Shown here in pieces: positions 1 through 13,300 of a stretch of 64,000 bases of DNA (position 1 is its first letter; every line of letters begins with the position of its first letter). The notes under the pieces were generated by a model that saw only the letters and a program-made list of their open reading frames with translations, was not told where the DNA came from and did no database searches. Source of the stretch: Euglena gracilis (lineage: Eukaryota). The stretch is taken from positions 40,045,572 through 40,109,571 of the forward strand of contig CP154954.1 in NCBI GenBank assembly GCA_039621445.1. The letters are read 5' to 3'. A program made the translations under genes and the position numbers.

Positions 1-813
1 ACCAGGGGGGGGGGTTGAGCTCTTGTATTTTTTCATATTTTTATATTTTATTCTTTGGCAACTTTGGCAATAACTTGGACATTTTTGTTCGCCAAAAAAA
101 ATGTTCCTACTTGAAATTTTATTGAAAAGCGGTGGGACTTGAAAAAATGACTTGAAAATGCATTGGAAACATGAAAGAAATTGGCCCCAGGCACACTTGG
201 GGAGGGGGCTTCATATTGGGGGAGTGGGAAAATAAAAAAAATTGTTCCCTCGACGTTACTTGTAAAAAATCTCAGACACAGTCGCATTAAACTCAGATTG
301 AATGCTGCCAAAATGAAAGCAGGCCAACCCTGACACCCAGGGTTGTATGAGAAAGCCTGGGGGGGGGGTTCGGACAACCCCAACCAGAGAGTTTTTTAAC
401 CCCGGGGGGGAGGGGTCCAGCTCAGAGGCTGGAAAATTTGGGCTGGCTGGAAAAAGGTTGTTGGCTCCGACCTGGGGTCCAACATCTCAAAAATGCCCCA
501 AAAATGCCAATCATGCAAAAATCGATTTTTGACCCCAAATTTGTCCTGGCCAGCCCTTTTCCGACCTTTTCTTCCTCTGCTACGCCCTGGCCCCAACCCC
601 ATCCTGGTGGGTTGGGGCCAGGGCGTAGCTAGCTTAGGAAGATTTGACCCCCCCCAGGGGGTCCAGCCAGCCAGCAGCCTTTTCCATCCCGGGACCCCCC
701 TCCCCCCCTCAACGAAGTGTATTTAATTCCAACCGCCCGAACAATAACGGATTTTTCGCCTTAAGGGTGCAAAACCGGCCAAAAATATAGGGTTTTCAGG
801 CTTCCCGTACAGT

Positions 814-3443
814 CTTAGGCGGCGCGAATTGCCCAACCGATTTTTGCGTTTTTTGGCGTTTTTTGGCTGTTTTGAAAACACCTAAAAGGGCCAAAGATTT
901 GAGCTGAGAGGGGTGTGTGGCGGCTTTGGGCCAAAATTTAACAGAAGTGGTTTTGCGCGGTATTCCGCTTAGTCGATTTCCGATTGCGTGTGAGTTGTGT
1001 GATTTGGGAGTGTACTAGAACTGTTTGAAATGGCTCGAAAAACACCGACTTTGAACAGGTGTGACATGGGGCTGTGTGTCCATGGTTTATGTTAATAACA
1101 GTATTTGAGAGACGAGTGAACAATACAAGTGTGTGCGGATAACCGCGTAAAACGAAACAAGAGGTGACAAACAGCGGAGTTAAACGGTTGGGCGGTAATC
1201 CGCGCACAATGCACTTGTACGCGGATTACCACGTACAAGTGCAAACAAAGCATGGTGCGCGGATTACCGCGTACCATAACACAACCAGTTGATGACTGGT
1301 GGGAGGGAATCCGCCTGGTATGTGTGCATAGGTGTTGAGTGTAAGGCGACTGGGTGTAAGCGGGAATCCGTGTGGCCGGGTTAAGGGTGAGCAGAAAAAG
1401 CACAGCATTTGTGGACGATGGGATGGGGGGGGGAGATGGAAACCACCCTAGAAATGAAGTCTGCTGGTTTGTTGGCAAAGTTTTGCAACCCTACTTGTGA
1501 CACCAGTCACAGGCGTGAATCTTTGCAAAGGACACGGACGACAGACTTTGTTGCCAGGTCGCCAGGCAGTTTGCAACTGAATGGCGTCTGGCGTGTTGTG
1601 GTGAGTTTGAGGGGTGAAGGTTTATGGAAACCAGGGAGAGGAGATTGAATCAGCAGGGGTTGACCAACCGAGGAGAGACGGCCAGCCCTTAAACTTGGGC
1701 ACTCAGAGCAGGGGTGGTTTCCAAAAGGACCGGACACGCCTGTGCTGAGGGTGGTTACATGGATGGAAGCCAGATGTACCGGGCCAAACATCGACCCGGC
1801 GTTGGTTGAGAACGACCGCCTTCTCGTTTACCCCCCCTCCCACACGGCTTCTGACGGTGGAGACCACCGTTGCCTCCTCCGGAGGCATGTTGCCGACCCC
1901 AAAGGAAGAAGAGCCAGAAAAAAAGAGGTGGTTTGGGCATTTTGCCTGAAATTCAGCAAAAACTGCAGCTTTTCAAAGGAAAAATGCTGTAACACTGTTT
2001 CAAAAAACAATTGAAAAGGCCTTGATTTTCTCAGAACCTGGAGGACTCCTTCCGAAAACCCCCGAAATTGTTCGACTGCTGCCACCAACTGCTGAAACAG
2101 GAGTTTCTCCGTCCATATCTTGAATCACTTCTTTGTCAGCCTTCCCCAAACCCTGATTTTGGGAAACCAAGACCGTTGGGTTCCAGGAGGAGGGCTCTGG
2201 GAGGTGCTTTTGTTCCTCCTGAGAAATCAACCTCAGTTTTTTGGCCGTTTTTCGGGACAGTAACAAAACACCTTCTCTACCGTAGCTCACCGGCCTGGCA
2301 ACTGACACATGCGTTCCACTGCTCTCCCTGCAGCCACCCCTTCAGCACTAGCCAGGGGGAACATTACCGCCTCCTCATTGGAGAGGAGGGTGTACACCTC
2401 CTGCTCAAATGCCAGGCGGGTTTCCGCCTGCTCGGTTGCTTGCTGTCACGGTGCAGCAGCCACAGCTCCCTTTCAACCTGTCCCGACCAACTGTCAAAAA
2501 CGATGTCGCCACACGTCACCACTGACACCGACACTTTGGGACACCAAAACATCACAAACACAACGCATCAGGACAGCAACAAGCTCCACGCGGGTTGCCA
2601 CCCAAACCTCATCTGTGCGGAAACCCGCGCAAACTAAAAACAAAGTAGGCGGATAACCGCGCACTGCCATCATTCAATAACGACCCAAAGTCCCCTCCCT
2701 CTCCCCCAAACTTGTTCATTAACAACTTCACGTGATGACCCAGTTCTGGAGGTTTCAGCACGTTCCCACTTCCCGCTCCCACATGTCATCCACAAACACG
2801 AACTGTTCTCATTCTGAAACCCTTCTGCGCGGGTTTCCGCCTGAGGAATCATCACTTCTGTACGCGGTAAACCGTGTAACCTCGTTTTTAACGTTCATTC
2901 CCAGTCCAGTCCCCTCCGTTAGGCCAGCATCTCTTCATCACAAAAACTCATTTTGCGCGGTTTACCGCTTAAAACATCTCTTCCAAGAAATCGTAGCATC
3001 TGTTGGGCAGTGCTGTGTGTTCACCTCCCCCGTCACTGGACATCGGGACTCATGAGATGTTCAAAAATGCGCGGGTTGCTTAAGCGGTTGCCTTCTCTTC
3101 ACCTGCCACACCGTGTCACCCCCCCTCCAGAGGGGGGGTCCGACAGCAACGCCAAACAACCCGGGCTCCGGTGGCCAGGTGTTCTCTGGCTGTTTTCTGT
3201 TTTTCAAAATTTCAGGGCGTTCCAGGGGGGTGTTTTCCAAACCCCCCCCTAAAACGACCATAAATTCTCAATATCGCCACTTTGTCAAAATGCTTAAAAT
3301 GGACCCTTAACGACCCAAATTTTTGTGCTGGGGTCATCCTCTCAAAATTTCGAGCACATAACAGTGAATTTCGTAAACGGAAACCTGCGCACCCCAAGCG
3401 TGCAAAAAATCGCAAAAAATTTGGGCAATTCGCGCCGCCTAAG
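814..3443. mobile_element. Non-autonomous TIR DNA transposon, CTTAGG-terminal family, 5-bp TSD
   Basis: Perfect 23-bp TIR CTTAGGCGGCGCGAATTGCCCAA (814-836) / TTGGGCAATTCGCGCCGCCTAAG (3421-3443), flanked by direct repeat ACAGT (809-813, 3444-3448). No recognisable intact ORF inside. Confidence 0.92.
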
Positions 3444-4164
3444 ACAGTCCTGCTGACACCTCATTCTGACTCGGGTTCAACATAAATCTTCAAAAACTAG
3501 GAAGACATTGCTAAACCATGGCTCCTCACTTCTTCAAGTTACTGCTCTGCAGACATGGAGTTAGTGCAAAACTGTTCGTTTTTAAAAATGGAACAACAGA
3601 TTTTCTGCAGGGAATTGCATTGAGGTTATTTGGCCAGCCAGCAATCAGGAATTTCGTCAAAATGTTGGCTGCGCTGTCGTTTCCCCCATACCCCCCCCCC
3701 CCTGGGAAATTGTCTCCAGATAAGTCAGCGGGAACAGAGGTAGGAGACAGGTCCCTCCCTATAAAGACAGATCAGCGGGTACAGAGGGCAGAGGACAGTT
3801 TCCCTGGCAGATCCGGGTCAGAGGAAAAATGGTTGACATTTTCGACCCCCGGTGCAAAAAAGGTCAGAAAAGCATTTTTTTCACGAAATTTGTAACGAGA
3901 AGCCTGAAGGGAATGGTGGGATTTATTTTTTTTACCGTGGGAATCGCCTCTTTTTTAAAAACAGAAAATCGGAAAATTTTCAAAAATTCCTCAAGAGGCA
4001 GGTCAGCGCAGCGGGTGCAAGGGTGGGAGACAGCTCTCTATGAGGACAGGCCAGTGGGTGTGGGGGGGGGTAGAGGACAGTTTCCGGGGGGGGGGGGTAC
4101 GATGGGCCAGCAACAAGGTATCCCCCAACAGTTGCAAGCATTGCTTATGAGTCCGTCTGTTAGC

Positions 4165-7100
4165 CCAACCGGCCCCTCTTCGGTGCCGGCGGTGGCGGCG
4201 GTGGGGTCGGACGGCGGGGCCGCGACCTCCAGGGGAGGGGAAGGGGCGCTCCCTGCGGGGGCATCCCCGCTGTAGGCCAGCGCTGGCAGGCGGGCCGATG
4301 CAGAGGTGGGGCCGGGGGGCCCCTGCGCGGTGGCGGGCCTGGCGGCGGGGGTTGGGGAGCCTGCACGATGCTGGGCGGCTGGAACGCTTCTCAGCTGGCG
4401 GCTTCAAAGACCTCCGGGGGGGGGGGGGGGGGTGGGATGTGCTCTGGGGGGCACACACTGTGGGGACGCACACTAGGTTGAGGAATTCCGGTGGGAAATG
4501 CTGGGAATTGGTCGATGGGTTTGCCTCCCCGACTCGCCCCCCAAAACAAGCGCCTTTTGGATGGGCCAACCCCAACCCATCCCGAGGCCCCCCAACGCCC
4601 GGGCAGGCAGCCACGGGTTGCCCACTGCCGCCGCCGCCGCCGCCGCCAGCAATGCCCGCCGCCGCCCTCGTGGGCCCTTCAGGGGCGACGACGGGCAAAC
4701 AGCCACCGGCCGCCGTTGGGGCGAAGGCTGTTTGTTGAAAGAGGGGTTTCCCCGTAACTGAGCCGACCAACTGCCCCGACCACTTCCTCAATCCTTCAGA
4801 GTTGACCGAACGAGGGTCTGAGAAATGGGCATGGGTTCATGGGTCATGAGTGGGTTCCACGGTTGGCGGCGTTCTGCCTCATTTGCTCACGCATGGGCAG
4901 GGGGGGGGGGAATGCGCTGGACGGCCCTCGGAAAAAAATGCGCAAAAATGCGCAAAAAATGCGCTGAGTTTGTGTGTGACATTCCTAAGGGAAAAAGGAC
5001 TTAGAAAAATTTCCGACAGTAAACCCAAAAAATGCGCATTCTTTGAAAAATTGACAAAAATGTGCAAAAAATGCGCAAAAATGCGGAAAAATGCGCAACG
5101 CATCCCCCCCTGCCTCATCGTCATTGGATGAGTACCCACAGCACATCATCCAAGGGTTTTCTCTTGAGGCGGGTCCCTTCGGTGAAAAAAAAAGTGCGAA
5201 AATGGGTTCGTTGGTTACAGAAATGGGTCAGTTGAACATGGACAAAATTCGGTGAGCATGTGATTTGGGTGGAAAATGTGCAAAAATGGCAAAATGTGCA
5301 AAATTGGGTAAAAAATGCGCAAAAAATGTGCAAAAATGGAAAATGTGCAAAATTGGGCAAAAATGCGCAAAAAAACGCGGAAAAAAATGGAAAATGTGCA
5401 AAAATGGGGGAAATGTGCAAAAAATGCGCAAAAAAATGCGCAAAAATGCGCATTTTTGAAAAATTGACAAAAATGCGCAAACAAATGCGCAAAAATGCGG
5501 AAAAATGCGCAGCGCATTCCCCCCCCCCCCCCCGCATGGGTCTGCTGCTGGGGGTGGGTTCAACGTTTTTGGTCCTGGGATAATCCGCCTCTCACAGAGG
5601 AAGCCACGGTCCCTGCCGCGGTGCGTCGGCGTACCCGTCCCCGTCGTGGAGGGGAACGGCACACAGCGCGGTTAGCTGCCGTGACTGCCGGGGCAGGCGG
5701 GCCAGCAGCGCCAGCAGCGCCGGTAGCGCAGCCAGCCCCAGCGCCAGGGACACATGGGAGCCCCGGGGGGGGGGGTCCGGACCCACCCATCTCGAAACCC
5801 CAATTTGCAACTTAAATAAATAAACCCCCCTCCACCTATAACCCCGGGGGTTATAGGATTCGATGGTCGGCCCCGGGAGGGGGGTTATAGGTGGGGGGTG
5901 GGTTTGGTGGGGTGGGTGGTTTTGCCTTTGTTTGCCCTACATTGAAGGGGGGGGGGTTATAGGTCCTGGTTTGGTGGTTGGTCCCCAGAGGGGGCTATAA
6001 GATGGGGGGGTTATAGGTGGGAGTGGGTGTTTAAACTGTAAACTTTTCGGTTCCTTGATCAAAAGGCTGGACACCAGCCCAAAACCGTTGGAAAACCCCT
6101 CATTTAAAAAAAACAAATGAAAAAAGGGGCTCATTTTAAACTTAAGATTCTCTTGACTTCTTCCCCCTCTCCCCCAGGGGGAAGGGCTTCCCATGGATCA
6201 GAGGATTTCTTAAGGACCCTGGGGGGTCCAGCCTCCGGCGGGAAAAAAGGATGCTGGCTGGAAACGAGCTGCTGGCTGTACCCCCCCCCCGGGGGGGCTA
6301 GGGGGGGTCCGGGGCTGGAGGGGGCTGTGCTGGTCTAAAACAATTTTGCCTTCTCGACATTTTGATTTTGATGGATGGAGGTAGTGTATGTGCCAGACAT
6401 TGAGGGCGATGAGAAAAAAAATGCAGGGATAGGTGAGCTGGGCAGCCCAGTTGGCTGGCCAGCCTGCGGCCAGCTGGCCCGGCCTCTGGCCGGGCTGGAC
6501 CCAACTTATTTCTCTCGACTCCCTGGGGGGGGCTCCCAGCCCCGATTTAGGCTGCTGGCTGGATTTGAGCTGCTGGCTGGGAGGGGACCCCCCCCCAGGG
6601 GATGGGGTCCCCTCCGGCTTAAGCAATCCCCTGCCATGGATCCCTGCCCAGCACGCCCACTGCCGCGTAGCCGGTGGCAGGGGCGGGGCCGCCGCTCTGC
6701 CACAAATGGCGAAGCAAGCCCTCCGCTGCCAACAGCGAGATCAGGTGGTTCCCTGGTGCAGTGGCTCGGACCACACCGGACCCAACCGCCCGGGGGGGGG
6801 GGGGGCTTCATTGGGACAATGTTGCCCCAGCGAATGGCCAAAAGCCTCGAAAAATGGGTTGCAGGTTCTCCCGGCAGTGTGGGGGTGCGAATTTGGAGGG
6901 GCCAAATTGACCCTAAAAAGCCCGGGGTCAACAAGCTGAGGGGTGGGGGAGGTAGGTGTGGTCCAACGGATGGCTGACAAAGGACCTGTTGTGGAAGTTC
7001 GTCCGAGAACGTTGGGGTTATACGAAGGAGGGTAAAACTGGTGTAACTCGGGCCAGGTGTAAAATCAAAATTGATACAAACAGATGCATAGGACCACGGG

Positions 7101-8612
7101 GGATAGTTTTCTCCAGCACAACTTCCTTCGGAAATACTGGAAACTTTGTTGCTCCCGAGGAGGTCCCGAGGAGGAGGACTCTGTCAAGAGGCCTCGTGTG
7201 GAACCGAAATTCCCATTTTTTTAATTGGGGAACGTCAGTGGGACATGGTTCACTTTGATTGTTGTTCAAGCGCTGTTGGAACGAAGACAAGATACATTGT
7301 TTGGGCCGTTTTGCAGCTGACGTGTGAGTGCCAAATGCGGTTCAAAACAAAAAATCAATTCGCGCCACGGTGAAAGCAATTGTCTGTTGTTCCTCATTTT
7401 TGGTCCCCGAGCTGAGCAGAGCGGCGGAGCAATGCTGGGCGGGACGGTCCCCGGCGGCCGGCGGGGGAGAGCTATCCCGATCGCCGGGGACCGCGAGGGC
7501 GGCCGGTGGGGGCCCCGGCCCCCCAGCGGCGCCCCAGTGCCCCCGGCGGCGGTGGCGGCGGCCACAGCCCGGGCGTGGAGGAGGGTGGTGGGCTGGGGGA
7601 GGGCGGCGGAGGCGGCGACGGCAGGGGGGGGGATGGCGGAAGGAGAGATTTCCGCCGGGGGAAATGCAAAAGAGCAGATCACGGGAGGGTGTCACTGAGC
7701 AACCCTCTGGGTGAGAGTTAGGCTGGCGGGAAAAAGGTTGCTGCCTGACCCCCCTCCCCACTCAGCGGTCTTCTGGCTGGAACTGGGCCTGAGGGGTGGA
7801 ACCGGGCGCCAAAAAAATCGAAACTGCAAAAATGCCCCAAAAACTGCACAAAATCCCAATTCTGCCCAATAATGCGAAAAAAAATCCGGAGTTTTCGGCC
7901 CAAAATTTCAGCTTGCCGGCACTTTTCCGACCGAGTTTGCCCATTTTTTCCGCCCATTTTTTGCGCCCTCGAGCGCCAAAATTTGGTAAAAGTCGAGCCG
8001 TTCTTTGGGTGGCTGCAAAACAAATAAAACTCGTTGATGGGAGGGGAGGGAGGGTCCGAGGCTGGGAAAAGGCTGCCCGCTGGCTGGACCCCCCGGTGAG
8101 GATGGGGTGCCCTTCGGCTTAAGCGACGACCTGATGGTCAAGCATCAACCACGGCGACAAGACGAGTGGTATGGCATTGGCGGTAAATCGACACGAGTAC
8201 CCCAGATGTCCGTTGGAGGATGGTGTAGGCTTTGAAGTCCCCGGGGGACGGTCACCCACCCAGCCCTGTGTGGGACTTGCAGAGGTGAACGGAGAGGAGG
8301 GGAGGGAGGGGAGTGCAAGGAGAAGGGGCACTGCGTTCATCGGCACCCCCCCCCCTGGCCGTGCAGGGCGACCAGGCACAGGAGGGCGGCCCACAGGGCC
8401 CCCAGCACCGCCGCGGCCAGCTGTGCACAGCAGCGGCCTGCGGCGGTCACATGACGAACAAAAACAGGGGTGTTGGTGCTGTTGGGGGGGGGTGCTCATC
8501 ATTCAGTGACTCACAGAGCACCGGGTTGCCGTTCTACGCCGCGCCGTCTGGCTGCACGGCTGGGCGAGTGCGCCGGGCGGGGCAGGGGCGGGGCTGGCGG
8601 CCAGGCGGCCAT
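4165..8612 (-). CDS. Multi-exon host gene with euglenid class I plastid-targeting presequence and probable Tat lumen signal; 3' end unresolved
   Basis: Exons 8612-8522, 8437-8361, 7616-~7420, ~6780-6650, 5739-~5600, 4727-~4596 and possibly ~4400-4165. Spliced N-terminus gives TM1 (QLAAAVLGALWAALLCLVALH), a P/A/T-rich spacer, TM2 (YAAVGVLGLAALPALLALLA) followed by basic RLPRQSR, and later GRRRALLAAAAAAAVGNPWLPARA. Junction 8521-8438 is GT-AG; 8360-7617 and 6649-5740 are non-conventional; all three keep frame. Other junctions not resolved. Confidence 0.65.
4898..5535. repeat. Two copies/fragments of an AAAATGCGC-rich MITE-like family
   Basis: CAG(G)nAATGCG...GCAT(C)nTG ends at 4898-5112 and a 3' fragment at ~5262-5535; same family as 25768-26214. 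Confidence 0.7.
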
Positions 8613-10351
8613 CCGCTGGCTGCGGCGGAGAGAAAAAAATTCCTTTTTGTTGGCCGGAAGTCTCAGTTGAAGTACAGAAATTCTCGGGAAAATTAATATA
8701 CATGAACCAGCGTAAAATCTGACCTGTCGATCTTGAGCCAACCGCTGCCAAACAGGTGTGGGGAGGGGGGGCACAACTCCTTGAGGGCTTTGGCTAAACC
8801 AAATGCCAGGGGGTTCCGTTCGAAGGGGTTCTGCGGTTTAATTCCAGTTGGTGGGCCCAGGGACCTTTCCAGAAACGCAGCTTTTGGTCGCTCCAGCTGG
8901 ACCCAAGGATGGTGCAAAAAAAAACCTGTCGAGTGTCTGCAGAGACTCCGGTCGGCCAAAAATTTATTCCGGGGTTTTATTCTGGTTTATTCTGGGGTTT
9001 TCCGGTTTATTCCGGTTTATTCCGGTGAATTTCTGCCTGAATGGACTTTGGATTTTTTGAAGTACAATTGGGCCGAGGCGCTCACCTGGGCTGCAGGAAT
9101 AAGGAAGCATTCCTTGGTTGCCCAGCCCCACAAAGTGGTCACTTTCTTAGGCGGCCGAATTCGCACTTAAGCTTTTTTCCGTTGGATTTGCGCAATTGCG
9201 CAAATGTACCACTTTTTTTGTAACCCCTGGGACCCTGTACCCTGACCGCCGAAAAAAAATTTTGTGATCGCGAACGGAACTCGTTAGGGTTGGGCAATTC
9301 GAACCCCTTCGAATACAAAGTCCTAACTGGACTTCGCGAACGAACGTACGTGTTAAATTTTGTACCTGTCCCTCTCCGCAGCTGCTTTCTTTCCCGCTGC
9401 CTGCGGGGCACCTATCTACACCCACTCTTACCCCACAGCTGCCCGCGGCAAGCACCTGGCCAGATCTGGCGGCGTACGGTTTTGGACTTTTGGGTCACGA
9501 AATGTGACCTGTGGATTCCAATTGTTTGACGGACGATGCATTGAGACAACCCTGGTGGATTTGAGAATTATTGCGAGGGTGTGTTGGGTGCCAGGACTTG
9601 CGAATTACGAAGCAATTGATTATGTTCGAAGAGGGGTATGACACCCCCTGTCTTGAAGGAGTGCGAGGAAACACCCATCGAATTAGAACCTTCCAGTTGG
9701 TGTACAACAAAAATTTACTTGTGGCAAATTGCACACTTGCGCAATTGCGCGCATCAAACGATTGTGTGTACTTTAATCTTTTGGGGTGCTAAGAGGGTGG
9801 GTGAGATGTCCCAAATTGTGTCATACATGAAGAGTGTTCTAGTTTTACTTGCGCAATTGCGCGCACAATTTGTTACTTTTTGTTGTGCGGTTACCCAGTG
9901 GGTGTTGTGTGACCAATGAAACACTTTGGACGTTATCGGTCACTTAGTGGAGCGAAGGGGGGCTTGATTTGAATGACTGCTGGAGATGTTGTGACTCTGT
10001 AGATGCTATGCTGACAACCAATTTGCGAGTGTGTGCGTGATGTGCGGGGTGGTTATGGCCATATGCTGATGTTTAATTGCTGTTCCCTTGTCTGGAGCTA
10101 ACCTACATGGCGGATGACCAGGCGGGGTACAGCTGTGGATTGTTGTGATCGTGTTTTCTTGTTGACTTGCGCAATTGCGCGCACAAAACGTTTCTGAAGA
10201 AAATAAAATGACTCAGAAGGATGTGTAGTTGCGTAGTGTGTGAATGTTGTGTGCGTGCGATGCATTCTGAGTGGTGGGAGTGGCCGGTGTTATGTTGACG
10301 GAATAGTGGGTTGGTGAAAGGTGGTGGGCCGCCGGACCTGGGGTGGACTGA

Positions 10352-13300
10352 ATGGAGTCCTCCCAGGCCAGCAGCACCCACTCCCGCCGCCGTGGCTACG
10401 AGGGCTACAGCGAGGAGGCCGCCCTGGCCGCGGAGTCCGGGAAGCTGCTGGGCCAGCTGGTGAAGGCCCATTTCGCCGCCAGCTACGACGAGTTCGTGGC
10501 GGCGGTGGTTCAGCGCGGCCACCCGCTGCAGACCCTGGTGGTGCAGGTGGCCCACACCCGGGTGCCGCTGCGGACGGAGGGCGGTGCGGCGCTGCTGGAG
10601 GAGCTGGCCCGGGAGCCCCGGCGGCCGCGGATCGAGCTGCTGCTCAAGGACGCCTGGGCGGTGTACCGGGCGCTCCGACAGCACGCCTGCCCGCGCGCGG
10701 CGCAGCGGGTGGTGGCGGAGGAGCACGAGGCGCCGCTGGCGAGGCACCGGGCGGCCAGCCGACTGCTGCGGCCCAGCGGGATCCTGCCGGAGGAGCCGAT
10801 GTGGAACCGGCAGTGGCGGCGGCAGCGGGCCTGCGAGCGCCTGGAGGACCTGTGGCAGCAGTCGGAGGGGCGAAGCTGCGTCCTGTGGTTCGACAACTTC
10901 TGGAAGCGGGCCATGACGTCGAACCCGAGGATGGTGATCCGCACCCACGACTGCTGCGTCATGGCGATGATGCGGACGGCGGTGGGCGCCATCCCGGAGT
11001 ACCCGGGGTACCCGTCGCTGGAGCAGCTGCTGGGCCGCGTCCACCGGGTGTCCGCGCGGCTGGTGCGCAGCGACCTGCCGGCGTTCCTGGAGCTGGTCGC
11101 CGAGATCGGCGCACGCCCGCTGGAGGCGCAGGAGCTGCGCGTACCGCTGGACGTGCCCCGAACATCAGAGGGACTGAATGGTTTTTTGTTTTCTTCGAAT
11201 AGCCTGTGTAGGTTGATGGGACGATGCTGGTGTGAATAACCTGTGTATGTTGATGCCGATGCCTGGGGGTTAGGGTTGTGTCCGGGTCCCAGCTGAAGGG
11301 AATTGAATTACACTGTGATGTGCGCGCAATTGCGCAAATGTTAACAATGAAGTATTTGAATTTCAGTGTGGTACGCAATTGGCAGGCGGTACTATACGCG
11401 GATTTCTGTTTTGTGGTGTCAGTCGCATTTGATTTGCGCATTTGCGCACACATGTGAATTTGGATGATTTTCAGTCCTGGGCCACTGTCTGCGTCCGTCG
11501 AATGTTTCTGAAGTAACTTTTGATGCGCGCATTTGCGCAAATGCGCGCATCAAAACATTTCAGGGTCCGTTTTGAATCAGAGGTGTGACTGTGCAGTTGG
11601 TGTCACGCAAAAGGCGGTGACTCTGATGCGGCTGAGAGAACGCCCGCGTCCCGGTGTGGCGCCCCTTCATGCTGACGGACGACCGGATCTCCTCGCAGGT
11701 GGGGATGCTGAAGGTCCTCCGGTTCCTGAAGGGCGACGTGCTGGGCCGCGTGAAGGCGCCGCTGCCCCTGCTGGTGGACATCAACCTCTGGTACCGCCAG
11801 CTGAAGGTGGTGTACGGCCGGGAGTGCCAGCGGTGGGACGCGGGCGAGGCGCTGCGGCAGCTGCCCCCGCTGTACGGCGTGTGGCACGCGTACAAGCAGG
11901 TGCTGTACGTGCTGTACCGCCGCCTGCTGCCGCTGTTCCTCTTCTTGCAGCGGGGCACCATGGCGCCAGGCGAGCAGTGGTCGACCAAGCCGAAGGTGCG
12001 GGCGCTGGAGATGTGGGTCGGCGCCATGCTGCTGGTGCCGGCGGACCGCCGCGCCCGCCTGCGACGGCTGATCCGGACCCTGCGGCGGCGGCGGGACACC
12101 GTGGCGCCGGAGGTGGAGCGACGACGGCAGCAGACGCAGCAGGCCCGGCGCAGGCAGGAGGAGGCGGAGCGGCAGACCGCCCGACAGGTGCGGCACGCGA
12201 CGGCCAGCGCCAAGATGGAGCGGGCGTGGCAGTCGGGGAGCCGGGAGATGGAGTGCATCCGGGCGCTGGAGCACTGCCGCCGGAAGGAGGCTCAGGCGGT
12301 GGAGGCACTGGAGCATCTGGAGCGGGACCTGGCGGTGGCACAGGCGTTGGAGGACCTGCTGGTGGTGTGGGCGCCGGCCTGCTTCGCGCTGGGGTGGCAG
12401 GTGCGGGAGTGCCACTGGGAGGAGCGGCGGCCGCAGACCGGCGGGCAGGCGCGGAAGGTGCTGTGCAACGCCCTGACGATGCTGCTGCACCTGGAGGCGC
12501 CGACACCCGGACACCGGCCGCGCGGCCACTCCGACTACGTGCGGACGCTGGCGTGCGCGCTGCTGATGTGGGACGGGTGGCACGAGCAGCTGCCCGCCTG
12601 CTGCTTCTCGGAGGAGGTGAACGAGGCCACCCTCAGCAGGCTGGGCGGGTCCATGCAGCAGCACCCGGAGGCGGTGGAGGTGGAGGACGTGATGGACCTG
12701 TACCTCCTGGTGAGGCAGGGGCACCACGGCGCCCGGGAGCTGCGAGCGGGCGGGGTGGACCGGCGGTGGCTGGCGGACTGCCTGCGCAACCTGGACCACC
12801 TGCTGGACGGCAGTGAGCTGCGGCCGCCGGTGGACGCCCCCGACCGGCTGGTCCACCAGATGGTGACGTACGCCTCGGTGAGGGGGCTGCGCCCGGAGCG
12901 ACGGCGACAGCCGGAGGAGCTGGACGCGGACGAGGGGGAGGAGTCCGAGGACCAGTCCGTGGTCCCGCGGTGGCCGGACGGCTGGGAGGGTCCGCCGTCC
13001 ATGCTGGCGCCCGACGCGGGGCTGAAGGGCGAGACGGTCCTGAAGGACGTGCTGCAGTACGCGCTGCGGACGCTCCTGAAGGACCAGGTGCCCTCCGCCG
13101 ACGCGGCGGCGGAGCTGGACCAGCTGTGCTACGACGCGCAGGCTGGCAGCAGCCGGCGGTCGCAGGCGGAGGTGGACCTGTGCCAGGTCCACTGGGACAG
13201 CGTGCTGGGTCGCCGCCGTCCACGTCAGCAGAGGGCTGCTGGGGAGGCAGCAGCCAGACTCGCGGTTGGTCATTTACTTTCTGGGGGGAGGGCTGTAATT

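Noticed and set aside
1700-2640. Coding remnants inside the 2.6-kb element
   Set aside because: Some segments look exon-like, but I found no recognisable motif or match to the 11-kb element genes.
10103-13273. Long antisense and alternative-frame ORFs over the transposase
   Set aside because: Shadow ORFs expected from very high GC3 coding sequence; low-complexity translations.
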